In this document: positions 49,435-58,968 of the stretch, in pieces
Layout of the letters: every line of letters starts with the position of its first letter
Numbering within the stretch: position 1 is the first letter of the stretch
DNA from: Akkermansiaceae bacterium
GTDB lineage: Bacteria; Verrucomicrobiota; Verrucomicrobiia; Verrucomicrobiales; Akkermansiaceae
Assembly (NCBI GenBank): GCA_051251915.1
Contig: JBPOGF010000010.1
Span: 64,001-128,000 of the forward strand
DNA length: 64,000 nucleotides
Direction: 5' to 3'
The notes under the pieces: generated by a model
Database searches by the model: none
Seen by the model: the letters and a program-made list of their open reading frames with translations, nothing else
What the model was told of the DNA's origin: nothing
Program-made: the position numbers and the translations under genes

Positions 49435-50235
49435 ATGGTGAATGTATTTATCAATAAGATGTGTGTTAGTTTGTTTTTGCTGATGGCTTGCGGTGTGATG
49501 AATGATGCCGAAGCGGGGCTGAAGATTTACTATATGCGGCATGCCGAGGGTGGGCATAATGTGAAAAAAGCATGGGAAGCGAAGGGTGTTCCTGAGTCTG
49601 AGTGGCCTGAGTATGTGGGGAATCCTGATATGTTCACACCGAAAGGGAAAGGGGAGGTGCTTGGTGCCACGGAGAGGCTTAAGGCCTATAAGTTTGATTT
49701 TATTGCCAGTAGTCCTTTGTGGAGAGCGCGCAATACTGTTCTTCCTTACATGAAATTGAGTGGTAGTAAGGGGGAAGTCTGGCCTGAACTGAGAGAAGGT
49801 CCTGGTATGAAGACTATTCTATCGAAAGACATTCCAGATGTGAATGTTGATATCCTGAATAAGGGAAAGCCGATTCTGCTGCCTGAAGAGGAGCAGGCTT
49901 TTTTTAAGCTACGTGATGGAGCGACGAATGACTATAGTAAATACCCTAGAGATAGTGATGAAAATCTGAAGGTTGCTTACATGAAACACGCGTCACTGAA
50001 CGCGATAGAGGTGATTAAGGAGCGTTTTGGAGGCACTGAGAAATCGATTCTATTGGTAGGACATAATAGCTCTGGTGTTTCGCTGTTGAAGCTATTTCTG
50101 CAAGGTGAACCGGAAATTAAAAGAGGATTAGAGAATACGGGGATTTGGATGGTAGAGCAGCAGGATGACGGTAGTTTTAAGTTGAAGATGTTTAATTCTG
50201 TTCCTATTGATGTTGCCCCTGCAAATACGGACTGA
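49435..50235 (+). CDS. Secreted histidine phosphatase (phosphoglycerate-mutase family)
   Basis: IYYMRHAEG, SSPLWRARNT, LLVGHN; signal-peptide-like N-terminus. Confidence 0.85.
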   Translation: MVNVFINKMCVSLFLLMACGVMNDAEAGLKIYYMRHAEGGHNVKKAWEAKGVPESEWPEYVGNPDMFTPKGKGEVLGATERLKAYKFDFIASSPLWRARNTVLPYMKLSGSKGEVWPELREGPGMKTILSKDIPDVNVDILNKGKPILLPEEEQAFFKLRDGATNDYSKYPRDSDENLKVAYMKHASLNAIEVIKERFGGTEKSILLVGHNSSGVSLLKLFLQGEPEIKRGLENTGIWMVEQQDDGSFKLKMFNSVPIDVAPANTD

Positions 50236-50354
50236 GAGGTTTAGCTCTATCATGAGTGTGTCACGTCATGCGACGACGAGGGCGAGACGTTTTGGCGGTG
50301 CGAAAGAATTATCTAAAATAAAATTTAACGGAGGTCGCCATAAAAGAAAAAAAT

Positions 50355-50957
50355 ATGAAAATCAAAAAAACTACTTATCACAGTGCTGTCATTCTTACGT
50401 GTGGGGCATTACTTTCGGTCGCGGGGGCTGAACCTACTTCTGCTGTGTCGGCACCAACAGAGCAAAGTGAGCAGAAGAATAAGCCTAATGTTGTGCTCAT
50501 CTTTGCTGACGATCTTGGCTTTGGCGATGTGGGTTGCTATGGAGCTACTAAGGGGCAGACTGTCAATGCAGATCAGATAGCGGACAGTATCAATGTGCTG
50601 CCTGCACTGGTGAGTGATCCGACTAAGCCACTGCGTGATGAGCTTGTGCTTTGTCCGAATAAATCTACTCACGTATCATTACGGAAGGGTAAATGGATGT
50701 ATATTCCGGCACAGGGGAGTGGTGGTTTTAAGGGGAAGCCTGGCACGCATGGGGCAGGTGGGCCTAGTTGTATCTCATTTGTTGGTAACGAGAACAGTGA
50801 TATAAAGAACGGAAAAATCAAGAAGGGTGCGGCGCCTGCGCAGCTTTACGATCTAGAAGCTGATGTGAATCAGACCAAAAACTTGTATAATAAGAATCCT
50901 GAAGTGGTCGAACAAATGCAGTCGCTTCTTAGGGAATATAAAAAAGGGGAGAAATAA
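50355..50957 (+). pseudogene. Sulfatase with large in-frame internal deletion (no catalytic motif)
   Basis: [23 protein letters not shown] joins directly to [19 protein letters not shown]; both halves align to the 42968 paralog. Confidence 0.85.
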
Positions 50958-51155
50958 CATTAATTAGTGAGGTGATCTGACGTTAGGCTTAATATATCAT
51001 TTTGAATACCTAGCCCTTTGCTCTACTCTTTCTATCAGAGCTGTTGAATGTTAATTGGCAGAGATTCCCTCTGGAGGTTGGCTTATTTTCAAGACTTGTG
51101 TAGTGCTATAATTCACTCTGATGACAAAATATAGAATACAACTGATAAAGAAGCT

Positions 51156-51260
51156 ATGTTACAGCTGTATGATATGAAGGTGGATATTGCAGAGACAAAT
51201 AACTTAGCAAATCGACATCTTGAGAAAGTGGAGGCTTTGTGGAAGTTGATAGAAAAGTAA
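51156..51260 (+). pseudogene. Sulfatase C-terminal remnant
   Basis: MLQLYDMKVDIAETNNLANRHLEKVEALWKLIEK* matches the LYDL..D..E..NLA...PE.V sulfatase tail. Confidence 0.75.
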
Positions 51261-51311
51261 GCCTGTGCAGGAAGAATCAAGAAAAAGAATTTTAAAGTCA
51301 AATAAAAAGAA

Positions 51312-52874
51312 ATGAAACTAAAAAACCTAATCAAATTATGTACGACACTGTCAGTATGCATTAGTGCTACTGCGAGTGCCTCTGAGAAGCCTAACATTAT
51401 TTATATTTTAGCCGATGATCTTGGCTATGGTGATGTGCAGTGTTTGAATCCGGAACGTGGTAAGATACCGACGCCGCATATGGATAAGCTGGCTGCGGAT
51501 GGGATGACATTTACTGATACACATACGACTTCATCGGTTTGTACACCTACACGCTATAGTGTGATGACGGGGCGTTATAACTGGCGGACTAAGTTACAGA
51601 GGAGTGTTCTGGATGGTTATGGGGAGGCATTGGTTTCTACGGAGTTGGTGACTGTGCCTAGTTTACTGAGGGAGAATGGGTATACTACGGCGATGATAGG
51701 GAAGTGGCATTTGGGGCTCGGTATTGCTACGACTGACGGCAAGAAGGCTAAGGCGGCAAAAGGTCTTAAGCAGAAGAAGGGTAAGGGGGCATTTCCTACG
51801 GAAGAGCTTTCTAATATTGATTGGGAAGGGACGATAAATGGAGGACCGGTTGATGTGGGGTTTGACTCATGGTTTGGTATTTCTGCTTCTCTGGATTTCC
51901 CACCTTATGTGTGGATCAAAGATCGTAATTGGATTGGTAAGGGGACTCATGCGAAGGCGTTTCACAGGGATGGGCCGGCTAGTGAGGAATTTGAGGCGGT
52001 GGATGTCTTAGGTAAGTTGACTGCGGAGACTGTTAGATACATTTCAGAGTATGAGAGTGAGAAGCCGTTCTTTATTTATATGCCGTTACCGTCGCCACAT
52101 ACACCGATTGTCCCTACTCCTAAGTGGAAGGGGAAAAGCGGACTGGGGGATTATGGTGACTTTGTGATGCAGACTGATGATGTGGTTGGTCAAGTGGTGA
52201 AGGCTCTGGATGATAAGGGGATTTCGGAGAATACGATTCTTATCATGACGAGTGATAATGGTTGTTCTAAGCGTGCAGATTTTAAGCATCTCGAAAGCAA
52301 GGGACACTTTGCCAGTGCTCAGTTCCGTGGGTCCAAGTCTGATATCTGGGAAGGTGGGCATCGTGTGCCTTTCTTTGTTAAGTGGCCGAAGGTGATCAAG
52401 GGGGGAAGTGTTTCGGATGATACTACTTGTCAGATTGATTTGCTTGGGACTTGTGCGGATTTGCTTGATAAAAACTTACCTGTAGATGCGGGTGTGGATA
52501 GTGAGAGTGTGTTGCCTATTTTCAAGGGGGAGAAGCCTAGTTTTACACGGAAGGGGATTATCAGTCATAGTGTGAGTGGGGTGTTTGCGTATCGTGAAGG
52601 TAAGTATAAGCTTATTTTAGGATATGGATCTGGAGGTTGGACAGCTCCTACTGATGGTGTGGCGAAGAGGCAGGGGTTACCAGAGGCACAGCTTTATGAC
52701 TTAGAGGCTGATCCGGGTGAGCAGAAGAATCTTTATAAGGAGCAACCAGAGGTAGCGGAGAAGTTGCTCGCTCAGTTGACTGATTATGTGAACAAAGGGT
52801 CTAGTGTAGAGGGTAAGAAATCTAAGAATGATGTCGAGGATATCAAGCTATGGAAAAACGGACAAAAGAAATAA
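51312..52874 (+). CDS. Secreted arylsulfatase
   Basis: [26 protein letters not shown]. Confidence 0.95.
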   Translation: MKLKNLIKLCTTLSVCISATASASEKPNIIYILADDLGYGDVQCLNPERGKIPTPHMDKLAADGMTFTDTHTTSSVCTPTRYSVMTGRYNWRTKLQRSVLDGYGEALVSTELVTVPSLLRENGYTTAMIGKWHLGLGIATTDGKKAKAAKGLKQKKGKGAFPTEELSNIDWEGTINGGPVDVGFDSWFGISASLDFPPYVWIKDRNWIGKGTHAKAFHRDGPASEEFEAVDVLGKLTAETVRYISEYESEKPFFIYMPLPSPHTPIVPTPKWKGKSGLGDYGDFVMQTDDVVGQVVKALDDKGISENTILIMTSDNGCSKRADFKHLESKGHFASAQFRGSKSDIWEGGHRVPFFVKWPKVIKGGSVSDDTTCQIDLLGTCADLLDKNLPVDAGVDSESVLPIFKGEKPSFTRKGIISHSVSGVFAYREGKYKLILGYGSGGWTAPTDGVAKRQGLPEAQLYDLEADPGEQKNLYKEQPEVAEKLLAQLTDYVNKGSSVEGKKSKNDVEDIKLWKNGQKK

Positions 52875-52876
52875 TA

Positions 52877-54397
52877 ATGAAAGTAACATTTAAATTTCTT
52901 CTATTGGGCGTAATTAGCTCTACGATAAGCTTTGTCCAGGCAGCAGATAAACCTAACATTATTTTCATTTTAGCTGATGATATGGGCTATGGTGATGTTC
53001 AGTGTTTGAATCCGGAGCGGAGCAAGGTGGCGACACCGCACATGGATAGATTAGCTAAGGAAGGTATGGTATTTACTGATGCTCATACTAGTTCATCGGT
53101 CTGCACACCGACTCGATATGGGGTGCTGACTGGGCGCTATAATTGGAGGACGGAATTACAGCAGGGAGTGCTTTGGGGGTTTAGTAAACCGCTGATTGCT
53201 GGGGATCGTTTGACTGTGGCTGGGTTGCTGAAGAAGGAAGGGTATAATACTGCGATGGTAGGGAAATGGCATCTAGGTATGACGCTCCCGACTCTTGATG
53301 GGAAGACTGCTATTGAAGGGCCGAAGGACACACGTAAGCCTAAGAAGACGAATGTTGATTGGGATGGGAAAATTACTGATGGGCCAATCGATCGCGGCTT
53401 TGATTATTTGTATGGGATTTCAGCATCATTGGATATGGCTCCTTATATCTGGATTGAGAATGATCGGTTTGTGGGTAAGGTGAGTAATGATGCGCCGGCA
53501 AAACCTGAGCCTAGTTTTGTGAAGGATCAGGTCTTGGGTGAGATTGGTCGCAAGACGGTTGAGTATATTGCTAAACAGGATGCTACGAAGCCGTTTTTCA
53601 TCTATGTGCCGCTTACATCGCCTCACACTCCCATTATTCCTTCTAAGGAATGGAAAGGGAAAAGTGGGCTGGGTACTTATGGTGACTTTTTGATGGAGAC
53701 TGATCATGTGATTGGTGAGATCATGAGTGCTGTGGATGCTACGGGTTTTGCAGAGAATACTGTGGTTATAATGACTGCTGATAATGGTTGTTCTCCTGCT
53801 GCGAAAATTCCTGCACTGCAGAAGAAGGGGCATTTTCCGAGTGCGCAGTATCGTGGGAATAAAGCGGATATTTATGAAGGTGGGCACCGGGTTCCATTTA
53901 TTGTGCGATGGCCGAAGCTGGTCAAAGCTGGGAGTCAGAGTGATGAGCTTATTTGTCTGACTGACCTGATGGCAACTTGCGCGGATTTGGCGGGGGCAAG
54001 TCTACCTGGCAATGCTGGTGAAGACAGTGTTAGTTTCGGGCCGGCGTTGAAGGGCGAGAAGATAGTGTCAAGTCGTAAGGGTGTGGTACATCATTCGATT
54101 AGTGGTCATTTCTCATACCGACAAGGAAAATGGAAGCTACTATTAGCAAAGGGATCTGGTGGATGGTCTGCTCCTAGGGAGGGAAAGGTTGCTAAGGATA
54201 GTCCTGAGGGGCAGCTGTTTAACTTGGAGGATGATCCTGCTGAGCAAAACAACCTTTATCGCGAGAATCCTGAGATGGTGGAACAACTTCTTACCCAACT
54301 CAAACAAGATATAGCGAATGGCCGAAGTACTGATGGAGCGGCGGCTAAGAATGATGTGGAGGATATCAAGCTGTGGAAAAACGGTAAAAAAGATTAA
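52877..54397 (+). CDS. Secreted arylsulfatase (tandem paralog of 51312)
   Basis: PNIIFILADDMGYGDVQCLNPER, CTPTR, shared tail KNDVEDIKLWKNG. Confidence 0.95.
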   Translation: MKVTFKFLLLGVISSTISFVQAADKPNIIFILADDMGYGDVQCLNPERSKVATPHMDRLAKEGMVFTDAHTSSSVCTPTRYGVLTGRYNWRTELQQGVLWGFSKPLIAGDRLTVAGLLKKEGYNTAMVGKWHLGMTLPTLDGKTAIEGPKDTRKPKKTNVDWDGKITDGPIDRGFDYLYGISASLDMAPYIWIENDRFVGKVSNDAPAKPEPSFVKDQVLGEIGRKTVEYIAKQDATKPFFIYVPLTSPHTPIIPSKEWKGKSGLGTYGDFLMETDHVIGEIMSAVDATGFAENTVVIMTADNGCSPAAKIPALQKKGHFPSAQYRGNKADIYEGGHRVPFIVRWPKLVKAGSQSDELICLTDLMATCADLAGASLPGNAGEDSVSFGPALKGEKIVSSRKGVVHHSISGHFSYRQGKWKLLLAKGSGGWSAPREGKVAKDSPEGQLFNLEDDPAEQNNLYRENPEMVEQLLTQLKQDIANGRSTDGAAAKNDVEDIKLWKNGKKD

Positions 54398-54415
54398 TCT
54401 ATAAACATATTTATT

Positions 54416-55867
54416 ATGAAATCATTGTTTAAGCTATTTTTGTTGGGCACTTTCTATTCTTCGATAGGGGGTGTTCAGGCGGCAGAGAAACCGAACTTTA
54501 TTATTATTTTTACGGACGATCAGGGGTATCAGGATTTGGGGTGTTATGGGTCGCCAGACATCAAGACGCCTAATATTGATCAGATGGCGAAGGAGGGGAT
54601 GAAGTTTACTAGCTTTTATGCGCAGACTGTTTGTGGTCCATCACGTGGGGCTTTGTTGACGGGGTGTTATCCGCTGCGTTTTGCGCGTCAGGCTGATCCT
54701 AATTCGATTCATCCTGAGTTACATCTTGAGGAAGTGACGATTGCGGAGGTTTTGAAGGAGCAGGGTTATGCTACGGGGGTCATTGGTAAATGGGATTTGG
54801 CTGGGCATAATCCGGCGTCTTACAAGAAGGAATTACTTCCGGCTCATCAGGGATTTGACTACTTTTTTGGGACTTCTGGGAGTAACGATAGCGTGGTTAA
54901 TTTGATCCGAGGGACTGAGAAGATAGAATCTAAGGCGGATATGGCGACTTTGACCAAGCGTTATACGGATGAGGCTATTTCCTTTATCGAGAGGAGTAAA
55001 GATAAGCCGTTCTTCCTTTATCTAGCGCATACGATGCCGCATACGAAGCTTGCTGCATCTGGGGATTTCAAAGGTAAGTCTGAGGCTGGACTTTATGGTG
55101 ATGTGATTGAGGAACTGGATTTTAATGTGGGGCGGGTGCTTAGCAAGGTGAAGGATCTGGGCCTAGATGAGAATACGTATGTTGTTTTTACGAGTGATAA
55201 TGGGCCGTGGCTGATCAGGAAAGATCATGGTGGTCATGCTAAGCCGTTGCGTAGTGGGAAGACGAGCTGGTGGGAAGGAGGCTTGCGGGTGCCTTGTATT
55301 ATCCGTGCGCCGGGCAGAGTTCCAGCTGGGACAGTGAGCGGTGCGATTACGGCGACGATTGATATGATGCCGACTATTGCTAAGCTAGCTGGAGTGGAAG
55401 CTCCGAGTGATCGGGTGATTGATGGTGTGGATATTTCCGCTGTGATGCATGGTGAGTTGGAGGAAGTTGAGAGGAACTATTTTTATTATCAGCACGATTG
55501 TTTGCGTGCGGTTCGAGCTGGGTATTGGAAGTTAGTTCTTGCTCATACTGAGCCAGAAATGGCAGGCATAAGGAATACTTGGAAGCAGCATATTTCAAAA
55601 GTGGACTCTGCAAGAATCACAGAGGCTCAGCTTTATGACCTGAATGCTGATATTGGTGAAGCTCATGATGTGGCTAAGCAGCATCCAGATAAGGTAGCTG
55701 AGCTTATGAAGCTGGCTGAATGGGCAAAAACTGATCTAGGGGATCACGATGTCTTTGGGAAAAATGCTAGGACATTTGGGGCTCAGCGGCGCACGCTTTC
55801 TACGGAGGATGGATATAATACTAAGGGAAAGAAGAAGGCGGCTAGTAAGAAGGGAAAGCTGAAGTAG
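54416..55867 (+). CDS. Secreted arylsulfatase
   Basis: PNFIIIFTDDQGY, CGPSR, GKWDL, SDNGPW. Confidence 0.93.
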   Translation: MKSLFKLFLLGTFYSSIGGVQAAEKPNFIIIFTDDQGYQDLGCYGSPDIKTPNIDQMAKEGMKFTSFYAQTVCGPSRGALLTGCYPLRFARQADPNSIHPELHLEEVTIAEVLKEQGYATGVIGKWDLAGHNPASYKKELLPAHQGFDYFFGTSGSNDSVVNLIRGTEKIESKADMATLTKRYTDEAISFIERSKDKPFFLYLAHTMPHTKLAASGDFKGKSEAGLYGDVIEELDFNVGRVLSKVKDLGLDENTYVVFTSDNGPWLIRKDHGGHAKPLRSGKTSWWEGGLRVPCIIRAPGRVPAGTVSGAITATIDMMPTIAKLAGVEAPSDRVIDGVDISAVMHGELEEVERNYFYYQHDCLRAVRAGYWKLVLAHTEPEMAGIRNTWKQHISKVDSARITEAQLYDLNADIGEAHDVAKQHPDKVAELMKLAEWAKTDLGDHDVFGKNARTFGAQRRTLSTEDGYNTKGKKKAASKKGKLK

Positions 55868-55873
55868 GAGGGG

Positions 55874-57307
55874 CTAGTGGGTTTGTTGTGCTAGCAATTC
55901 ACCTAGTCGTTTTATGGCTTGCACTACTTTTGGGTTGGAGGCTGAGCCGCAGTTTAGGCGGAGGAAGTTTCTTAGTGAGTCGGTTGCGGCGAAGATGGTA
56001 CCTGGAGCTAGGCTGATGCCTTCATTGAGGGCGTCTTTGGCTAGGCGTTCAGAGTCGTATTGTCGGGGTAGTTGGACCCAGAGGAGGAAGCTGCCACTTG
56101 GTGCGTTGACTCTAGTGCCTTCTGGGAAGGCGGCGAATACGGCATCTCGCATCATCATGGACCAGTCACGGTAGAGTTGTCTGATTCTTCTGAGATGGCG
56201 TTCGTAGCCGCCATCGGCGTAGAATCCGGAGACGATCATTTCTGAGAGAGTGGAGCTTGCGCTACAGGTGATGCTTTTTACCTCTCTGAGGATTTCCCCA
56301 TGTGCCTTGCTAACGAGCCATCCTACGCGTAGTCCTGGGGATAAGGTTTTAGAAACTCCTCCGCAGTGGATCACTTTGTTAGCTTTGTCGTGTGCTAGCA
56401 TGGAGGTAGGGCGTTTTCCTTCGTAAACGAGGTCACCGTAGAGGTCGTCTTCGATGATGATGAAATCTCGTTCAGCGGCGAGAGTGGCTAGGCGGTTCCT
56501 GTCTGCTATGCCCATGACGCTGCCGGTGGGGTTCTGGAAGTTGGGTTGGACTAGACAGGCTTTGATGGGGTGGGTTGCGGTCATTTCGTCTAGGAAATCC
56601 ATATTGATTCCTAGCGCTGGACAGACTGGGATTTCTACTACTTTGAGTTTTAGGAACTCGATGATTCTGAGGATTCCGAAGAATGTGGGCATTTCTACTG
56701 CGACTAGGTCTCCGGGCTGGGTGATGGCGGAGAGAGCGACCATGATGGCTTCTGTGGCTCCAGCGGTGGTGATGACGTCGTCTTCAGTGACGGTAGCTCC
56801 AGAGGAGAGCATTCGGAGTGCTACTTCGTGTCTTAGCTCGGGGCGGCCAGGCATGACGGTGTAGCGGAAGGCTGCGGGGCCGTGTTTTCTGAGGGCTGCG
56901 TTTGAGAGGCGAGCTAGGGTTTTGGCTGGGTAGATGTCATCACTAGGTACTGCGCATCCTAGGGGGACGATTTGAGGGTCATTGATGGCGGCCATGACTT
57001 CTTCGTAAAAGTCGGGTCGTTCTACTTGTGCTGTGCGTTTTTGGCCAGCAGGCATTTTGGGTAAGAAGTCTTCCGTGCGAATCCGTGGGCAGACGAAAAA
57101 TCCGGATCTGGGTCGAGCTTCGATGAGTCCGCGACGTTCTAGGACTTCATACACGCTCTGGGCGGTGGTTAGGCTGACGCCGTGGTCTTGTGAGAGCTTG
57201 CGGAGGGATGGCATCCGATCACCAAAGCGTAGGGTCTTTTTCTCGATTAAGACCTGAAGCTGATCTGCTAGTTGGCGATAGGTTGATTTTTTAGGCTCTG
57301 AATTCAT
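55874..57307 (-). CDS. MocR/GabR-type GntR regulator with PLP aminotransferase domain
   Basis: GDRMPSLRKLS HTH; PNFQNPTG; IIEDDLY; SKTLSPGLRVGW. Confidence 0.93.
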   Translation of the reverse strand: MNSEPKKSTYRQLADQLQVLIEKKTLRFGDRMPSLRKLSQDHGVSLTTAQSVYEVLERRGLIEARPRSGFFVCPRIRTEDFLPKMPAGQKRTAQVERPDFYEEVMAAINDPQIVPLGCAVPSDDIYPAKTLARLSNAALRKHGPAAFRYTVMPGRPELRHEVALRMLSSGATVTEDDVITTAGATEAIMVALSAITQPGDLVAVEMPTFFGILRIIEFLKLKVVEIPVCPALGINMDFLDEMTATHPIKACLVQPNFQNPTGSVMGIADRNRLATLAAERDFIIIEDDLYGDLVYEGKRPTSMLAHDKANKVIHCGGVSKTLSPGLRVGWLVSKAHGEILREVKSITCSASSTLSEMIVSGFYADGGYERHLRRIRQLYRDWSMMMRDAVFAAFPEGTRVNAPSGSFLLWVQLPRQYDSERLAKDALNEGISLAPGTIFAATDSLRNFLRLNCGSASNPKVVQAIKRLGELLAQQTH

Positions 57308-57337
57308 GCGGTTAGCCTATCAGCAATTAATAAAAAA

Positions 57338-57413
57338 TACAGATACAGATTCTTTGAAAATGAACCATTACAGATCAGCTGTCATCTAAGCATTTCAATT
57401 TCTGTGTATCTGT
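57338..57413. promoter_or_regulatory. Putative MocR operator: direct and inverted TACAGAT repeats
   Basis: TACAGATACAGAT (57338), TACAGAT (57369) and inverted TCTGTGTATCTGT (57401) between divergent genes. Confidence 0.55.
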
Positions 57414-57446
57414 TCGAATACGGGGAATGCTTCTATGTTGTGGCAT

Positions 57447-57590
57447 ATGAAAAAGAAAAATACATACATCAGATTAATCAAAAAATTCTATCGGGCCTAT
57501 ATGGATACGACTTTCGGGTGCGGGATCTTTGCTGAATATTACGCTAGAGATAAGCGATCAAAAGAGGCTAAGGATAAGAATGCTCAATAG
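57447..57590 (+). CDS. Small basic protein (47 aa) divergent from the MocR regulator
   Basis: MKKKNTYIRLIKKFYRAYMDTTFGCGIFAEYYARDKRSKEAKDKNAQ; TATGTT ends 7 nt before the ATG; a terminator follows. Confidence 0.55.
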   Translation: MKKKNTYIRLIKKFYRAYMDTTFGCGIFAEYYARDKRSKEAKDKNAQ

Positions 57591-57651
57591 CAGGGAATAC
57601 AGTTGTGGGTATGCAGAGGTTCGGTTTCCAATGAGCTTTATGGATGAAAAA

Positions 57652-57683
57652 AAAACGGTCTGCGTTGTTGCGCAGACCGTTTT
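57652..57683. terminator. Bidirectional intrinsic terminator
   Basis: AAAACGGTCTGCG-ttgttg-CGCAGACCGTTTT with A/T tracts on both sides, between convergent genes. Confidence 0.85.
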
Positions 57684-57717
57684 GATTAAAAGTGTTAGTG
57701 TAGCCTGTTATGGCTAA

Positions 57718-58569
57718 TTACTTACGGCGACGCAAGATAAGAGCTAGACCACCGAGTCCGAGGAGTGCGGTGCTGCTTGGTTCTGGGACAGGAGTTACGT
57801 CTAGGAAAGTATCTCCAACGCGAAGCTCATCCCAGGTAGTGCCATCACCAGCAAATCGAGCAAGAGCGATGGTGTCAAATGTGATATCAAAGCCTGAGAC
57901 TGTGACTCCACCAGAAGCGGGATCGCCGGCAGTACCGGTCGTAGGGTTCATCCAAACTGTAGCAGAGTCACTAGCGGCAGTACTACTTAACTCGAGTTTG
58001 ATGACAAACAGGTTTACATCAAGATTTCGTGTCGCAGACAATTCAGCATCGAAAGCTCCGTCATTAGCTGCACGGAAGCCGATGCCGTTGGTTCCAAAGT
58101 CTCCATTGTGAACTCCGAGTTGGAACTGGCGATTGGTGCCATCAGCCATGCCTCCGTCGGATGCACCTAGTGTGGTGTCATGAAGCTCAAATGCTCGGTA
58201 GGAGCCATTGCCACCGGCTTCACCGAGTTGCATCAAGAAACTGATATAAACGGTAGCGTCAGATGCATCCGTGTAGGTTACGCTCAAATTACGACCGTTA
58301 CGTTGTCCACTAGCGTCATTTGCATCAACACTACCTCCAGAGGTTTGAAGATTAGCGTAGCTTAGACCTGTCGCTGAGACAGTCTGAGAATTACCAGCAT
58401 TAGTAAACCAGTTGCCTGTTGCGCCAGCAATTGCGGGGTTTTGACCGACGAGATCTCCAGCAGTGTAACCAGCTCCACCGATCTCGAAGGAATCCTCCAT
58501 GATTATGGCTGCGTTTGTTCCCAGAGTCGTTGCAGTAGCAAGGGTAGGGATTAGGTATTTTATTTTCAT
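57718..58569 (-). CDS. PEP-CTERM surface protein 5
   Basis: Signal peptide; WDELRVG; VPEPSSTALLGLGGLALILRRRK. Confidence 0.95.
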   Translation of the reverse strand: MKIKYLIPTLATATTLGTNAAIIMEDSFEIGGAGYTAGDLVGQNPAIAGATGNWFTNAGNSQTVSATGLSYANLQTSGGSVDANDASGQRNGRNLSVTYTDASDATVYISFLMQLGEAGGNGSYRAFELHDTTLGASDGGMADGTNRQFQLGVHNGDFGTNGIGFRAANDGAFDAELSATRNLDVNLFVIKLELSSTAASDSATVWMNPTTGTAGDPASGGVTVSGFDITFDTIALARFAGDGTTWDELRVGDTFLDVTPVPEPSSTALLGLGGLALILRRRK

Positions 58570-58968
58570 ATTTTTTATATTGCGTGGATTAAGTTTGGTT
58601 TTGATTTAGTAGACACGGAATGTGTTGAAATTTCGATGTCTGTTCTTCATGGTTACTATTAATTTTGTTAACAACAAGAAGAAAAGCTGACATTTGTTTT
58701 TATACTGCGTCTGTTTTCTATACATTTTGTGTCGCTGTATTTTTGCTAAGATGAGGCCTCAGGTGGTTGGCTGAATGGGAAAGAGGTGGCTAAAAATCTA
58801 GGTGTGAGTTCTTTCACTCGAAAGTGTATGAAGGATTGACGATAGGTAAAATTTTCCATTTCACTGGATTTAGAGAAAGACGACTTAAGTTATTACGGCG
58901 TGATAGGGGGGGGATTTATGAAGAAAAAATTAGAGAATGTTCTTGGGTTTGGTGCTATAATAATGAGA

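Noticed and set aside
50207..50431. 74-aa ORF bridging the phosphatase and the mini-sulfatase
   Set aside because: It overlaps both neighbours, starts at TTG and has no protein-like features.
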